Shown: piece by piece, positions 36,408-46,676 of the stretch
Layout: each line of letters begins with the position of its first letter
Numbering within the stretch: position 1 is the stretch's first letter
Source of the DNA: a virus
Taxonomy: Duplodnaviria > Caudoviricetes
Length of the DNA: 64,000 bases
IMG/VR virus record: IMGVR_UViG_3300021387_000147
Direction: 5' to 3' (one strand)
Position numbers and translations under genes: made by a program
The notes under the pieces: model-generated
The model's database searches: none
The model's input: only the letters and a program-made list of their open reading frames with translations
What the model was told of the DNA's origin: nothing

Positions 36408-38021
36408 TTAGAAACCTAAATCGTCTCCACCTTCATTTTCTTGGTCACCACCTTCTTCCTTAGCGGCATCTGCTTTCTTCTTCATTTCTTCAATTTCTCT
36501 ATCAAGCATTGCCTTATTTAATAGCATTTCTTCAGTAGATAGACCTAACATCTTTTCCATAAAGAACTGTCTTGAGAATAGTGGGCCTAATTCTTCTGCA
36601 TCTGGCTTGATATTAGTTGGAGTTGGTAGGAACTGAGATAGAGTACCAATTGTAGCACCTCTCTTTTCAGCCAAAGCCAAATCTCTCATTCTGTCAAAGT
36701 CAGTTGCTGGACACAAGTCAATATCATAAATTGCTTTATCCAAGAATTTTTCAGGATAATTTCTAACCTTTAGATGGACTAAGAATACTTGTAGAATAAT
36801 ATCAGCAAATCTCTTTCTTAATCTTCTATTCAATTTTTGGAATGCAGCTTCTTCAGAAGGTAAACCATCTACACCTTGAACGTATTGTTTACCAGAAATT
36901 TCATCAGCTTTCCATCTGTCTTGTGGAATTTGTAGAGCATCCATAACCATCTTCTGGAACATATAAAGGTCTTCAATCTGACCATTAAATGTTGCACCAC
37001 CGGTATAAGTATCAATAGTAGTACCATTTCCAGAGTCATCCTTAGGGAAGAAGAAATCTTCTGTCATTGCGGCTACATTCTTATTTGAAATAATCATACC
37101 AGTATTTGGGTCGATGTTCAAATTCTTTCTATATTTGTTTGTAACTTCTTGAACGAATGCTGCAGCTTTTTCAGGTGGCATACGTCCACAATAAATGTTG
37201 AACAATCTCTTTTCAGTTGCACGAGTAATACGGTAAACTGTCAAAGCATCTTCAATATTTCTTAATTGGTTCAATGGACGAATAGCTGACTCTAAGTGTC
37301 CTCTAACGTCATTTCTGTTTGCCCAAGTTCTACCATAGTTTACGTATGCAATCTGTTCAGGTAAGAAACGTTGAACTTCTGGATTTGAATCTCCAGCTTG
37401 TTTTAGATAGTTAATATCTTCAATATAACCTCTAATTAAATCAGAGTCTTTATCATAGATGTTAATCATACAATAAGGTGGAAGAGTATTGATACCTACT
37501 ACCTTATCTCCTTTATCAGAAAGACAAATTTCCCAATAAAGCTCTGCATCTGTCAACCATTTCTTATAGTAGTCCCATAATTGTTCTTTACCAATTACAC
37601 AGTCTACAATATAATTAAATTCTGTCTTTAATGAATTGAATTCATAATCAGTGAAGTTTGCCTTATGATTTTCATTCAATTCGAATTTAGCAACTTTACC
37701 ATCAGCATTAAAACAAACTGCTTCATCTGTCATAACAGTTAGTGCTTTTTGAACAAGTGGATATAGAGCCATATTTCTATACCACATAATTTTTTGATAC
37801 TTATTAGTGAATACAGTATCGAAAATTACATTACTTTGTTCATAAGGTTCACCTGGGTCTACATAACCATCGGTATAACCATTAACTAAAGCACCCCAGT
37901 CGATTTGGTCTTCACCATAACCTACTGAGTTTCTAGCAGTTTCTGTTTTTCTAACAATAGAATGTTCAGGTCCTCTTTGAAGGAACTTGTCTGAGAATGG
38001 GTTTAAGAAATTTAAATTCAT
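36408..38021 (-). CDS. Portal protein (T4 gp20-like)
   Basis: YRNMALYP, AIRPLNQLRNIEDALTVYRITRATEKRLFNI, MTEDFFFP. Confidence 0.96.
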   Translation of the reverse strand: MNLNFLNPFSDKFLQRGPEHSIVRKTETARNSVGYGEDQIDWGALVNGYTDGYVDPGEPYEQSNVIFDTVFTNKYQKIMWYRNMALYPLVQKALTVMTDEAVCFNADGKVAKFELNENHKANFTDYEFNSLKTEFNYIVDCVIGKEQLWDYYKKWLTDAELYWEICLSDKGDKVVGINTLPPYCMINIYDKDSDLIRGYIEDINYLKQAGDSNPEVQRFLPEQIAYVNYGRTWANRNDVRGHLESAIRPLNQLRNIEDALTVYRITRATEKRLFNIYCGRMPPEKAAAFVQEVTNKYRKNLNIDPNTGMIISNKNVAAMTEDFFFPKDDSGNGTTIDTYTGGATFNGQIEDLYMFQKMVMDALQIPQDRWKADEISGKQYVQGVDGLPSEEAAFQKLNRRLRKRFADIILQVFLVHLKVRNYPEKFLDKAIYDIDLCPATDFDRMRDLALAEKRGATIGTLSQFLPTPTNIKPDAEELGPLFSRQFFMEKMLGLSTEEMLLNKAMLDREIEEMKKKADAAKEEGGDQENEGGDDLGF

Positions 38022-38065
38022 ATTAGTTGCCTCTTATTTTGTTAAGTTTTTATTATCCATATAGA

Positions 38066-38083
38066 TATTTATACGCATAAATA
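38066..38083. promoter_or_regulatory. Back-to-back late promoters (portal / gp6)
   Basis: TATTTATA-cg-CATAAATA. Confidence 0.75.
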
Positions 38084-38103
38084 AGATAGAGTAGGTATAC
38101 AAC

Positions 38104-40848
38104 ATGAACTATACAAATATAACATTTGAATCATTATTAGAAGATTTTAAAAATAGATTAGCATCTGATCCAAGATTTGCTAATATCAGTTCTGCATCTA
38201 TCTATCAGATGTTTATGGAAATGATATGTGCATGTATGGATATGACTAACTATTATATGCAGAGAACTGCAGAAGAGTCTTATATTGACACTGCACGTCT
38301 AGATAGTTCTTTAATCAAGTTAGGAAAGAATTTGGGATATAACCCAAGAAGAAGAGTACCAGCTAAGTGTAATCTTCAAATTCAGCTTAAAGGACCTCTT
38401 CCACAGGCAACACAGCCTGGTGATACAGTAGTCTTTAATCAAGATGTTGTCGATTTAGTATTCCAAGGACGTCACTTTATATTAGACTCTTCATATTCAT
38501 ATACTTTCAGTTCTGAAGATATGGAAGGTAAAAACAGTACATCTTGGAAGAAGACACTAGAATTAGCTTGTCCTTCTCAGTATGTACATTATATGCCTCT
38601 ACAGGGTAAGAGTTTATATAACGCTGCAAACCTAGTTCCTATATCATGTTTCCAAGGCGTAAAAGTTGTTAAGGAAATTTTGGGTAATGCAAACCTTGGA
38701 AAGCTAGGTAAGATTGCACAGTATTATGATATTGATGATATTACATTCTCTAACTGGTATGGTAAGAGAGATCCTTATGCATTCTATAAAGGCAATTATG
38801 CACCACGTCTAAGTTGGACTAAGGTTGGTATCGGTGAAAACCAAGATGAAGCTTTAGATGATAAGCATGTATTCGATATTGAAGATACATCAATCTATCT
38901 AAATGAACATCTACAACAGTTAGAAAATATACCTGCATCTCCATTAAAAATTTGTCAGATTGAAACTAACTATGATAAGACTGTAAGAGTTAGATTTGGT
39001 AATGACAACTATATGGTATGTCCAGGTTTGACAAAGAAGAATCAGAATTTGTATGTACAGTATTTGCAGACTGATGGTAAGGAAGCTAATCAGACTGGTA
39101 CAGCTGGTGCACAAATGACAAATAATAATTCATTCTATCTACAACATAAGGGTGAAATTATTGATATTACAAATAACATTACTTTTATTATTGCAACAGA
39201 TATTTATCAGGGTGAAGAGTTCGAATCTCAAGATAGTATTAGAATTAATGCTCCAGCATATTTCTCATCTAGAAATAAGTTAGTTACAAAGGGAGACTTC
39301 ATTTCTTACTTCCGTGGTTTATCTACTCCTATCAATGTTCAAACAGCATTGGTATTTGGTCAGCAAGAAATTGAAGATTTTGATAACAAGCTTTATAAGT
39401 ATGTTCAGAATTATGTATTCTACTCTTTAATCGGTCACATGTATGCAAAACAAGGTGGTAATTATTATCCACGAAATGTATTGACTGATAAGGATGATGT
39501 TGATGATCCATTCTCATTATATTCTGATGAGTATTTGGATCATATTGCAGATTACGTCAAAATGATTAAATCATTTGATGGATATTATAATCAGCAATAT
39601 AATGATACTCCACAAGAACAGTGGTTGAAGAACATTAAGATTATTAGAGATAATTGTCAGGATAGAATGGAAATCAATAGTAGAATTCTATCAATTCCTC
39701 CTATGGTTCAGTATTTCGATTTAGTTGGTAGAGCTAAGGTTAAATCAAATACAAAACTTCAGGAATATAAGACAAATATCGAAAACAAGATTTATGAATA
39801 TCTTGATAATAGAAATGGAACTACTCAGAAGATTTATAAGTCTGATTTGATTAAGTTCTATACAGATGCAGAAGATACAATTTCAGTCGATTTGGATTTG
39901 AAGGTATCAAGTATTATTCGTGCTGATGCAATTCAGTATCACTGGGAAAATCCAACTATCACAGGTCAGACAACTGCTTATGGTGCTGGATATTTAACTC
40001 AAGATACTTCATTAGATTCATTAGCTCAATTTAATCACTCTCCTCAATTAGCTCAACAAGAATGGGGTCAAAACTGGAGAAACGTAATTAGAGTTACACA
40101 AAAAGATTTATATAATGCATTCCTTGATCCTAAAATGTTGGAAGGTTGTAGAGTATTGATTAAGTTAACAAACGTATATAAAAATAATCAGAAAAAGGAT
40201 GAAGAATACATTATTAAGGTTGACAAAGTAATTGAAAAGAATACTGGAGAAGATGAAGCATATTTTGAAATATGTCCTCAGAATGCATTAGTCTTTAATG
40301 CAAATTATGAAGATACTGCAGTAATTACAATCAATGTTCCTAAGGAAACTGACTTCTTTAGTAAATCTTCTTTCTCAACATATAAGACAGATGAATATAA
40401 GTTGAGTCATGCACAAATTACTGGTATTGAAAGAATGTTGAACAATTGGTTAAATCATGGTTTAACAATTGATGAAGCTGACAGAGCAATTCCTCTTCCA
40501 TATAAGGTATATGCAAATGAAACAGTCACTCATGAAGAAACTTATATGAGAAAAGGTTATGAATTGACCAACTATGAAAACACAATTTCAGAAAAGGCAT
40601 TCTGGATGTATTTCGTTCCTAAGATTATTAGAACATATTATTACAAACATATTCAAGAAGATACTGCTATGGATTCTCCTTGGTGGAAAGCAATTACAAT
40701 TCTAATTCAGGATTTGTATTGCTTATGTAAACCAGCATTCTGTGATAATATCTTGGATGAAGGAAATAATATTGTAAACTTCTCAATGTCAAATGAAGTT
40801 GCAGTTGTTAGAATTAATGTTGAATACGGATATGATACAACAGGTTAA
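38104..40848 (+). CDS. Baseplate wedge protein (T4 gp6-like)
   Basis: ESYIDTARLDSS...LGYNPR, VRFGN, YLQTDGKEAN, ESQDSIRINAP...VTKGDF. Confidence 0.9.
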   Translation: MNYTNITFESLLEDFKNRLASDPRFANISSASIYQMFMEMICACMDMTNYYMQRTAEESYIDTARLDSSLIKLGKNLGYNPRRRVPAKCNLQIQLKGPLPQATQPGDTVVFNQDVVDLVFQGRHFILDSSYSYTFSSEDMEGKNSTSWKKTLELACPSQYVHYMPLQGKSLYNAANLVPISCFQGVKVVKEILGNANLGKLGKIAQYYDIDDITFSNWYGKRDPYAFYKGNYAPRLSWTKVGIGENQDEALDDKHVFDIEDTSIYLNEHLQQLENIPASPLKICQIETNYDKTVRVRFGNDNYMVCPGLTKKNQNLYVQYLQTDGKEANQTGTAGAQMTNNNSFYLQHKGEIIDITNNITFIIATDIYQGEEFESQDSIRINAPAYFSSRNKLVTKGDFISYFRGLSTPINVQTALVFGQQEIEDFDNKLYKYVQNYVFYSLIGHMYAKQGGNYYPRNVLTDKDDVDDPFSLYSDEYLDHIADYVKMIKSFDGYYNQQYNDTPQEQWLKNIKIIRDNCQDRMEINSRILSIPPMVQYFDLVGRAKVKSNTKLQEYKTNIENKIYEYLDNRNGTTQKIYKSDLIKFYTDAEDTISVDLDLKVSSIIRADAIQYHWENPTITGQTTAYGAGYLTQDTSLDSLAQFNHSPQLAQQEWGQNWRNVIRVTQKDLYNAFLDPKMLEGCRVLIKLTNVYKNNQKKDEEYIIKVDKVIEKNTGEDEAYFEICPQNALVFNANYEDTAVITINVPKETDFFSKSSFSTYKTDEYKLSHAQITGIERMLNNWLNHGLTIDEADRAIPLPYKVYANETVTHEETYMRKGYELTNYENTISEKAFWMYFVPKIIRTYYYKHIQEDTAMDSPWWKAITILIQDLYCLCKPAFCDNILDEGNNIVNFSMSNEVAVVRINVEYGYDTTG

Positions 40849-40851
40849 TAG

Positions 40852-43800
40852 ATGAATTACACAATCAATGAAACATTTGAAATGAGTGGATATACAGCAG
40901 TAATTGAAGCGGACCAGAATTTGGCTTCGCTTATTACTGATAATTTCCGTATGGAAGTTAGAGATATTCTTACTAACCAAGTTGAAGAAATTACAAAAGA
41001 AGACCTTATGAAATGGGGTACTTCTGTTGATACTAGCTTAGACCCAAGTTTGTGGGAAACTCAATCATGTATCAATAATGGTGGAATGTATATTAACTTC
41101 AATGGAAATACTCTTACATTTAAACAAATTATTCCTTGTTTAAGTGGTGATATTCCAATGGGATATAATTCATCACAAGTAAGTGTTGTTTTTAATGATA
41201 ATGACAGTATAAATTTCTATAGTAAAACTCTTCCTTTCTTTAAAAGAGATTTACCAAAATCAGATAATTATGATGTAGAACCTATTTTACCAGAAGGTTC
41301 TGCTCGTCCTGATTATGACTTCGATAACTTTAGAAATAATATATTGATGAGTGGATGTAAATCCAATTTTGAATATAATACTGTTGGTGACTTATATGTT
41401 AATAATGAACAAGGTCATATTAAGAAATATAACAATAAGAGTTTAACTGAATATACAAGAATTTACGATAATAAACAAACACCTAAATTCTATTCAGATA
41501 TTTCTGCATTCTATATTACAACCAATCAGCTTGGTGGTATTACTCCTTATGAATTTAAGGATGAATATAAAGGCAAACATTGGAAATCAACAATATGGAA
41601 TGAAACTACAGATGAAGAAAGTGATATTCCTGTATCTCAAATAAATTCAGATCCATTATCAGCAACAGTTGAATTTAATGGTTTAACATCTGATGTTGTC
41701 TATAATGTATATAGACAATTTATCAATGATAGATATTTCCCATTAGATTATAGAAAGAATGTTTTAAAATTCTATATTGATTTTGAAAATCATGGTATTC
41801 ATGTAGCTAATGAACCACAACCACTTGATATTAAGATTTTTAGACAAGGTAATGATAAAGTAATTCATGTTAGAATTACAAATCCTAATCAATATGATGG
41901 TGATGAACCACATCCATTGAAGGATGCTAAAATACATTTTGAAGAAATTCAAAAAACTGGTATTAGCGATCCTTATGAAGTTCATCGCGATGGTAATATA
42001 TTAACATTCAAATTAAATGGTGATATTGAATGTGGTTATTCTTTTATTGAAACAGCATGGCTTGAATTAGCATATCCAGGTTATAGCTCAGATTATGTAA
42101 AATTAAGAACTTATGCAGCAGTTGGTGCTGATGATCAACCATCATCTTCAAAACCAGGTTATGAAAAGAATAGTGTATTTGCTACTGTAGTTGGATATAA
42201 AAAATATAATAAAGATACAACTCCTCCTACAAACATAGATGATTTTAATGCTGCTACTAATGCAGAAGACCCAGATTCTCATAATTTGTTATTAGAAGAA
42301 GATGAACGTGGTATTATTTGTTTTGAAATAACAAATAAAAATTATGATAAAGAATGGATAAATACAAATTTAATTCAAGTTATTTTAAATGATGAAAATT
42401 TGCAAGTATCACCATCTGTTCCATTTGATATTTCAAATGAAAAAACATATTTCTTTGTTTATGGTATTACTTGTTCAGAATTAATTGAAACAATAACAAA
42501 TGTCGAAATAACATTTGAAATTACTGGAACAGCAGCATGTTCAGGTGATTGGATTGACCAAGATAAATCTAAATTTTCATCTAAATGGTATTTCTTTAAA
42601 CCAGATGAACCATTACAACAAATTAGATGTTTAACCTGTGAAGATACAGCAGATACAAATCCATGCTATGAATATCTTGGTGCTTCTAGAAATCCAACTA
42701 TTGAAACATCAACACATACATACGACCATATATTAGATGTTTATAGTAGACAAGATGGTACTATCATAATTGAAAAAACTCAATATGGTATTCAGAGATT
42801 TAAGATTGTAAATCCAAACAAAAGAGATTATTCTGATAAAATTAAAATAACAATTTATAAAGATACTTTATCAGAAAGTTTCGAATTTACACTTAATAAT
42901 ATACCAGTTATAGGATATACATTAGAAACATTAGGTTTATTAGTTAAAGATTTTAATGTTATTTATTCAGATCCAAATAATTATGGAACAGTAAAATTTA
43001 ATGTATATGGTATTACTCCATCTAAAATTAAAGCTCATGTAGAAGTTACAACAAATGAGATGCCTATTGCAAGTGATTTCTTTAAAGCAGATTCTTCAAC
43101 AGTGACATGGACAGAAAAATCTTTTATTCCTAAAGAATGGGAAGAATTTAATAACTATGTAATTTTCACAAAATCTAAATTACATTTAGATGGTGCAAAA
43201 ATTGGTGTTCGTTCAATTTATTGTACAGCTATCAATATTGATAACGCATCTACTGTTAATACAAGTTATTCTGATAATCCAGATTTCCCAGCTGGTATAT
43301 ATGTAGATTGTCGTGAACAATGGTCTGATGGTTCTTGTATCATTCTAAATAATGCTAATGTTACCGACCAAGGTTTGCAAGGTAGTGTTAAATATGCAAA
43401 TTTAAATCCACCTATTGATTTGAAAGATAATGGTGAAAATCAAGTTTGGTATAACGCTGCAAGTAAGAATATAATTTATTTAACAAAAAATATTGATAAG
43501 ACACAATACGTCACTGCAGTCAACAATAACTATGTTGGTTCTAAGATGGAAGTTAAATCTATGACAGTTCCTGATTTACCAAGATTTAATATAAATTATG
43601 ATGGAACAGAAAATGTTAATATGAATGACCGTCAATCTATTACATTAAATGCAGGTGGAAATATCCAATCATATAATCAGTTTAGTGCAGGTAATGATTG
43701 TGTATTGACATTAGGTGCAGGTGAATATTACTTCAAATCATTTACTGCAGGTACAAATTTACAGATTGTTATTCCACAATTGCAATCAGGTGAATACGTA

Positions 43801-44082
43801 AGAATTTGTGTTCAAGGTAAAGTTGAAGTAAGTAATGGTGTTAACTTACAAAATAATAATGGTGACTACACAACATTCATGCTTTATTCTGATTATCAAA
43901 GTAATGATGATACTGACTATGCAATTAAATTTGCATCTTATCATGGACAACAACAGAACTATGGTGTTATTGTTGCTCCAGATGGTGGTGTCCGTTTTGA
44001 AAATGGTATTATATGGACAGGCGCAATTTGGTCTAAAGGCTTATCAATGGCAAATGGATGTTCATTACAATCAGTAGTTTAA
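40852..44082 (+). CDS. Large baseplate/receptor-binding protein with C-terminal beta-solenoid adhesin-like domain
   Basis: 1076 aa after gp6; LGAGEYYFKSF...GVIVAPDGGV...WTGAIWSKGL. Confidence 0.6.
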   Translation: MNYTINETFEMSGYTAVIEADQNLASLITDNFRMEVRDILTNQVEEITKEDLMKWGTSVDTSLDPSLWETQSCINNGGMYINFNGNTLTFKQIIPCLSGDIPMGYNSSQVSVVFNDNDSINFYSKTLPFFKRDLPKSDNYDVEPILPEGSARPDYDFDNFRNNILMSGCKSNFEYNTVGDLYVNNEQGHIKKYNNKSLTEYTRIYDNKQTPKFYSDISAFYITTNQLGGITPYEFKDEYKGKHWKSTIWNETTDEESDIPVSQINSDPLSATVEFNGLTSDVVYNVYRQFINDRYFPLDYRKNVLKFYIDFENHGIHVANEPQPLDIKIFRQGNDKVIHVRITNPNQYDGDEPHPLKDAKIHFEEIQKTGISDPYEVHRDGNILTFKLNGDIECGYSFIETAWLELAYPGYSSDYVKLRTYAAVGADDQPSSSKPGYEKNSVFATVVGYKKYNKDTTPPTNIDDFNAATNAEDPDSHNLLLEEDERGIICFEITNKNYDKEWINTNLIQVILNDENLQVSPSVPFDISNEKTYFFVYGITCSELIETITNVEITFEITGTAACSGDWIDQDKSKFSSKWYFFKPDEPLQQIRCLTCEDTADTNPCYEYLGASRNPTIETSTHTYDHILDVYSRQDGTIIIEKTQYGIQRFKIVNPNKRDYSDKIKITIYKDTLSESFEFTLNNIPVIGYTLETLGLLVKDFNVIYSDPNNYGTVKFNVYGITPSKIKAHVEVTTNEMPIASDFFKADSSTVTWTEKSFIPKEWEEFNNYVIFTKSKLHLDGAKIGVRSIYCTAINIDNASTVNTSYSDNPDFPAGIYVDCREQWSDGSCIILNNANVTDQGLQGSVKYANLNPPIDLKDNGENQVWYNAASKNIIYLTKNIDKTQYVTAVNNNYVGSKMEVKSMTVPDLPRFNINYDGTENVNMNDRQSITLNAGGNIQSYNQFSAGNDCVLTLGAGEYYFKSFTAGTNLQIVIPQLQSGEYVRICVQGKVEVSNGVNLQNNNGDYTTFMLYSDYQSNDDTDYAIKFASYHGQQQNYGVIVAPDGGVRFENGIIWTGAIWSKGLSMANGCSLQSVV

Positions 44083-44094
44083 TAGAGGTTTATT

Positions 44095-44643
44095 ATGGCA
44101 GGTGTGACAACTGAGATTAACAATTATAATAAGAACAAATGGATATGTAGATTTTCCAACATGGTAGACTTTACTGACCTTGAATTAGATACTACTGTCC
44201 TTGATAACTATATTCGAACAGTCAATATTCCTGATTTGTCAGTAAATATGTTGACTTCAGAATTCCAACATGAAAGACAATTGCATCCAGATCCACGTGG
44301 TGCTCGTGATTTACAGACCATCAATATGGAATTTAAGATGGATGAAGAAGGTAAAAACTTCTATTATTTCTGGTGTTGGCTAATGAGCATGAGAGCAGGT
44401 AAACCAATTGGAAAAAAGACAGCTCTTGGTGAAAAGCTGTTGAGAATGGACTGTATCGATGCTATAGAAGTTTGTCTATTAAATAACGACAAAGTAATGG
44501 TTTCAAAGATGAAATTCTGGCACTGTATACCTACTAACTTGTCAGCATTGAGTCTAGAAACTGGTCAGGCACAAGAAGCTACATTCATAGTCACATTCGA
44601 TTATGAAAACATGACGCTTCAACCTGTCACTTCTGAAGAATAA
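44095..44643 (+). CDS. Tail-tube-fold protein (gp3 tube terminator-like)
   Basis: VNIPDLS, EFKMDEE..NF...WCWL, FWHCIPTNLSAL, VTFDYE. Confidence 0.75.
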   Translation: MAGVTTEINNYNKNKWICRFSNMVDFTDLELDTTVLDNYIRTVNIPDLSVNMLTSEFQHERQLHPDPRGARDLQTINMEFKMDEEGKNFYYFWCWLMSMRAGKPIGKKTALGEKLLRMDCIDAIEVCLLNNDKVMVSKMKFWHCIPTNLSALSLETGQAQEATFIVTFDYENMTLQPVTSEE

Positions 44644-44671
44644 AAAAAGAGAGACTTTCGTCTCTCTTTTT
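44642..44671. terminator. Bidirectional terminator
   Basis: A7-GAGAGAC-tttc-GTCTCTC-T5 between convergent genes. Confidence 0.85.
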
Positions 44672-44709
44672 CTTTAACATATATTGAATTATCTATGATG
44701 ACATTTTAT

Positions 44710-45354
44710 TTATAATGCGAAGATTTGCGCAGCCTTCTGGATTTTCGCTTCCTTAACAGCAAGCGTATCATTAGTTCCATAAATCTTCAAGCAGAATGCA
44801 AGCCACTTTTCAAAAGCAGTAGAATTCATTGCATCGAACTGAGTGTCCTTCACATCATGCACCTGGATGCCATGACGGAGGAATGCTTTAAGGCGGCGAT
44901 AGAATTTGTCAGTATCACAAATAGCCTTCAACTGATTCTTAGCAGCGCGAACAGGGTCCTTCTTTGTGACGCATGTGTCAGCTCTGAGTTCATCTTTAGA
45001 GTCAGGCGTATGATTGTCGTATCGCTTAGCAAAATCGACCAGGAAGCGCTTCTGTGCTTCATCCATGACGTCTTCATCATTAATATCAAGGCGTTCATTA
45101 CGACCATCAGCACCCTGCACCCAAGCAAACTTCTTACCAATTCCAGAAATTTCAAAGGCCTTCAAATAAGCAGGGAACTTTTCCCACTTAGTACCGAAAA
45201 TATCATCATTACCGGCTTGATACCATATCTGGCGAATTAGATCTGCAGCGCAAACTACGCCTTTTTCCTTCAAGAATTTTGCAAAGTCTTCCTCTGTAAA
45301 GCGTTCGCCATCGAACAGAGTTTCCATTTTTCGATTAAGTTCATTAAAAGTCAT
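44710..45354 (-). CDS. Hypothetical early protein
   Basis: 214 aa, AGGAG RBS, visibly more GC-rich codons. Confidence 0.75.
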   Translation of the reverse strand: MTFNELNRKMETLFDGERFTEEDFAKFLKEKGVVCAADLIRQIWYQAGNDDIFGTKWEKFPAYLKAFEISGIGKKFAWVQGADGRNERLDINDEDVMDEAQKRFLVDFAKRYDNHTPDSKDELRADTCVTKKDPVRAAKNQLKAICDTDKFYRRLKAFLRHGIQVHDVKDTQFDAMNSTAFEKWLAFCLKIYGTNDTLAVKEAKIQKAAQIFAL

Positions 45355-45356
45355 TT

Positions 45357-45536
45357 TTATTCTCCTAAGGCTTCATCAATAGCCATTGAAAGTTTAAGTC
45401 TAATTGGAAGCACATATTTTAAATTACAAGCATTGCAACATTGTCCATTATCAATTACAGGCGCTGCATTATGTGCTTCCTTTTCTGGATATTTATTTCC
45501 GCAGAAACAACAAGTAAAGAGTAAAACATTTTTCAT
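45357..45536 (-). CDS. Small zinc-binding protein (59 aa)
   Basis: Below cutoff; CCFCG...HNAAPV...CCNACN...VLPIR. Confidence 0.7.
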   Translation of the reverse strand: MKNVLLFTCCFCGNKYPEKEAHNAAPVIDNGQCCNACNLKYVLPIRLKLSMAIDEALGE

Positions 45537-45538
45537 AA

Positions 45539-45847
45539 TTATTTCCTATTTTTAGCCCATGGCTTCCAATATCTCATAAATTCTTCTGTAGTCCAATATG
45601 AATATCCATCCATAGGTGAATTCCATATATTTCCAATATAAGTTAATTCTGGTTTTTCAGGGAATTCGAAATTTTCATCACATTCTTCATCAGCAAAATC
45701 AAGACACTTAATTAAATTTCTAGTCCTACGTCTGATATATCGATTGTAATCACGTTTCCATTCATGAATACTATCATGCTTAGTGCAACACATAGGCAGT
45801 CGCACCCAATCAGTTCCTGGAATGTTTTTACGATATGAACGAGACAT
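45539..45847 (-). CDS. Hypothetical phage protein (MSRSYRK type)
   Basis: MSRSYRK...WKRDYNRYIRR. Confidence 0.7.
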   Translation of the reverse strand: MSRSYRKNIPGTDWVRLPMCCTKHDSIHEWKRDYNRYIRRRTRNLIKCLDFADEECDENFEFPEKPELTYIGNIWNSPMDGYSYWTTEEFMRYWKPWAKNRK

Positions 45848-45857
45848 AAATCCTCAA

Positions 45858-46535
45858 TTAAAATTTATATGTAGGCATATTAGGCATTTCTGCATACCAC
45901 TTACAAAGGTCATATACTTCGTCGAGCGTTTTGCACCTAAAGTAAGAATAATTTAAAGACGGAATTCGAACTCTCCAACAATTTTTAGTCAAATCCTTAG
46001 TAGGTTCAAAATACCAGTTAATATCAACTCCACTAAATTCCCAAGTTAACAGCTTATGTTCATCTTCTTTAAAACTGCCATTGTGTTCAATAGCGAGTTT
46101 ATTCATCTTTTCATAAAAGTCAAAGTACTCTGCTCGCTGACTAACAAAGTTAAGATCTTTCTTCTTAGCATCCTTATTTACTTTAGTCGATTTCTTAGCG
46201 AAATAGTCAACAATCATATTGACGTAATCTTGAGCCTTTGAAATATCACTAAAATCACATGCTTTCGGAACTTTCCACTGAGGGCATTTTCCACTAATAT
46301 GATAACTAGCACTAATTCTGTCGAGCGGTTTTTCTGAAAAATCAAATTCGAATGTTTCATCACCACCATACCAATGACGAAATTCGATATAAACATAAGC
46401 AGGATGATCTTCATCATGGCGAGGTGCTTCAATATCAGTCAAAAGATAAAAGCCATCATTGCTATACTTCTGAAATTTCCAACCCTTAAGTTCGCAAATT
46501 TTCTTGAAGACTTTTTCTTGTTTTCTGATACCCAT
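45858..46535 (-). CDS. Hypothetical early protein
   Basis: 225 aa, first after early promoter; VFKKICELKGW resembles array N-termini. Confidence 0.7.
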   Translation of the reverse strand: MGIRKQEKVFKKICELKGWKFQKYSNDGFYLLTDIEAPRHDEDHPAYVYIEFRHWYGGDETFEFDFSEKPLDRISASYHISGKCPQWKVPKACDFSDISKAQDYVNMIVDYFAKKSTKVNKDAKKKDLNFVSQRAEYFDFYEKMNKLAIEHNGSFKEDEHKLLTWEFSGVDINWYFEPTKDLTKNCWRVRIPSLNYSYFRCKTLDEVYDLCKWYAEMPNMPTYKF

Positions 46536-46565
46536 TTGAATAACCTCTTTAATTTTTACATGTAT

Positions 46566-46652
46566 AATATAAGTATTTTGGAATGATTTGTAAACCCTGG
46601 TTATGTAAAAAGAAGTTTACAAAGCGCTCCTGGAATGTAAAATATAGTTTAC
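46566..46652 (-). promoter_or_regulatory. Sigma70-type early promoter with two upstream palindromes
   Basis: TTTACA-17-TATATT; palindromes 46605-46620 and 46637-46652. Confidence 0.7.
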
Positions 46653-46676
46653 AATAAATAGAAATAGAGGTAAACT

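Noticed and set aside
30183-38021. Inteins or introns in helicase, capsid or portal genes
   Set aside because: Lengths and motif spacing are normal; no splice-junction motifs seen
44725-45240. 171-aa plus-strand ORF
   Set aside because: Antisense shadow of 44710-45354, which has an RBS and fits the operon; it would start just after a terminator
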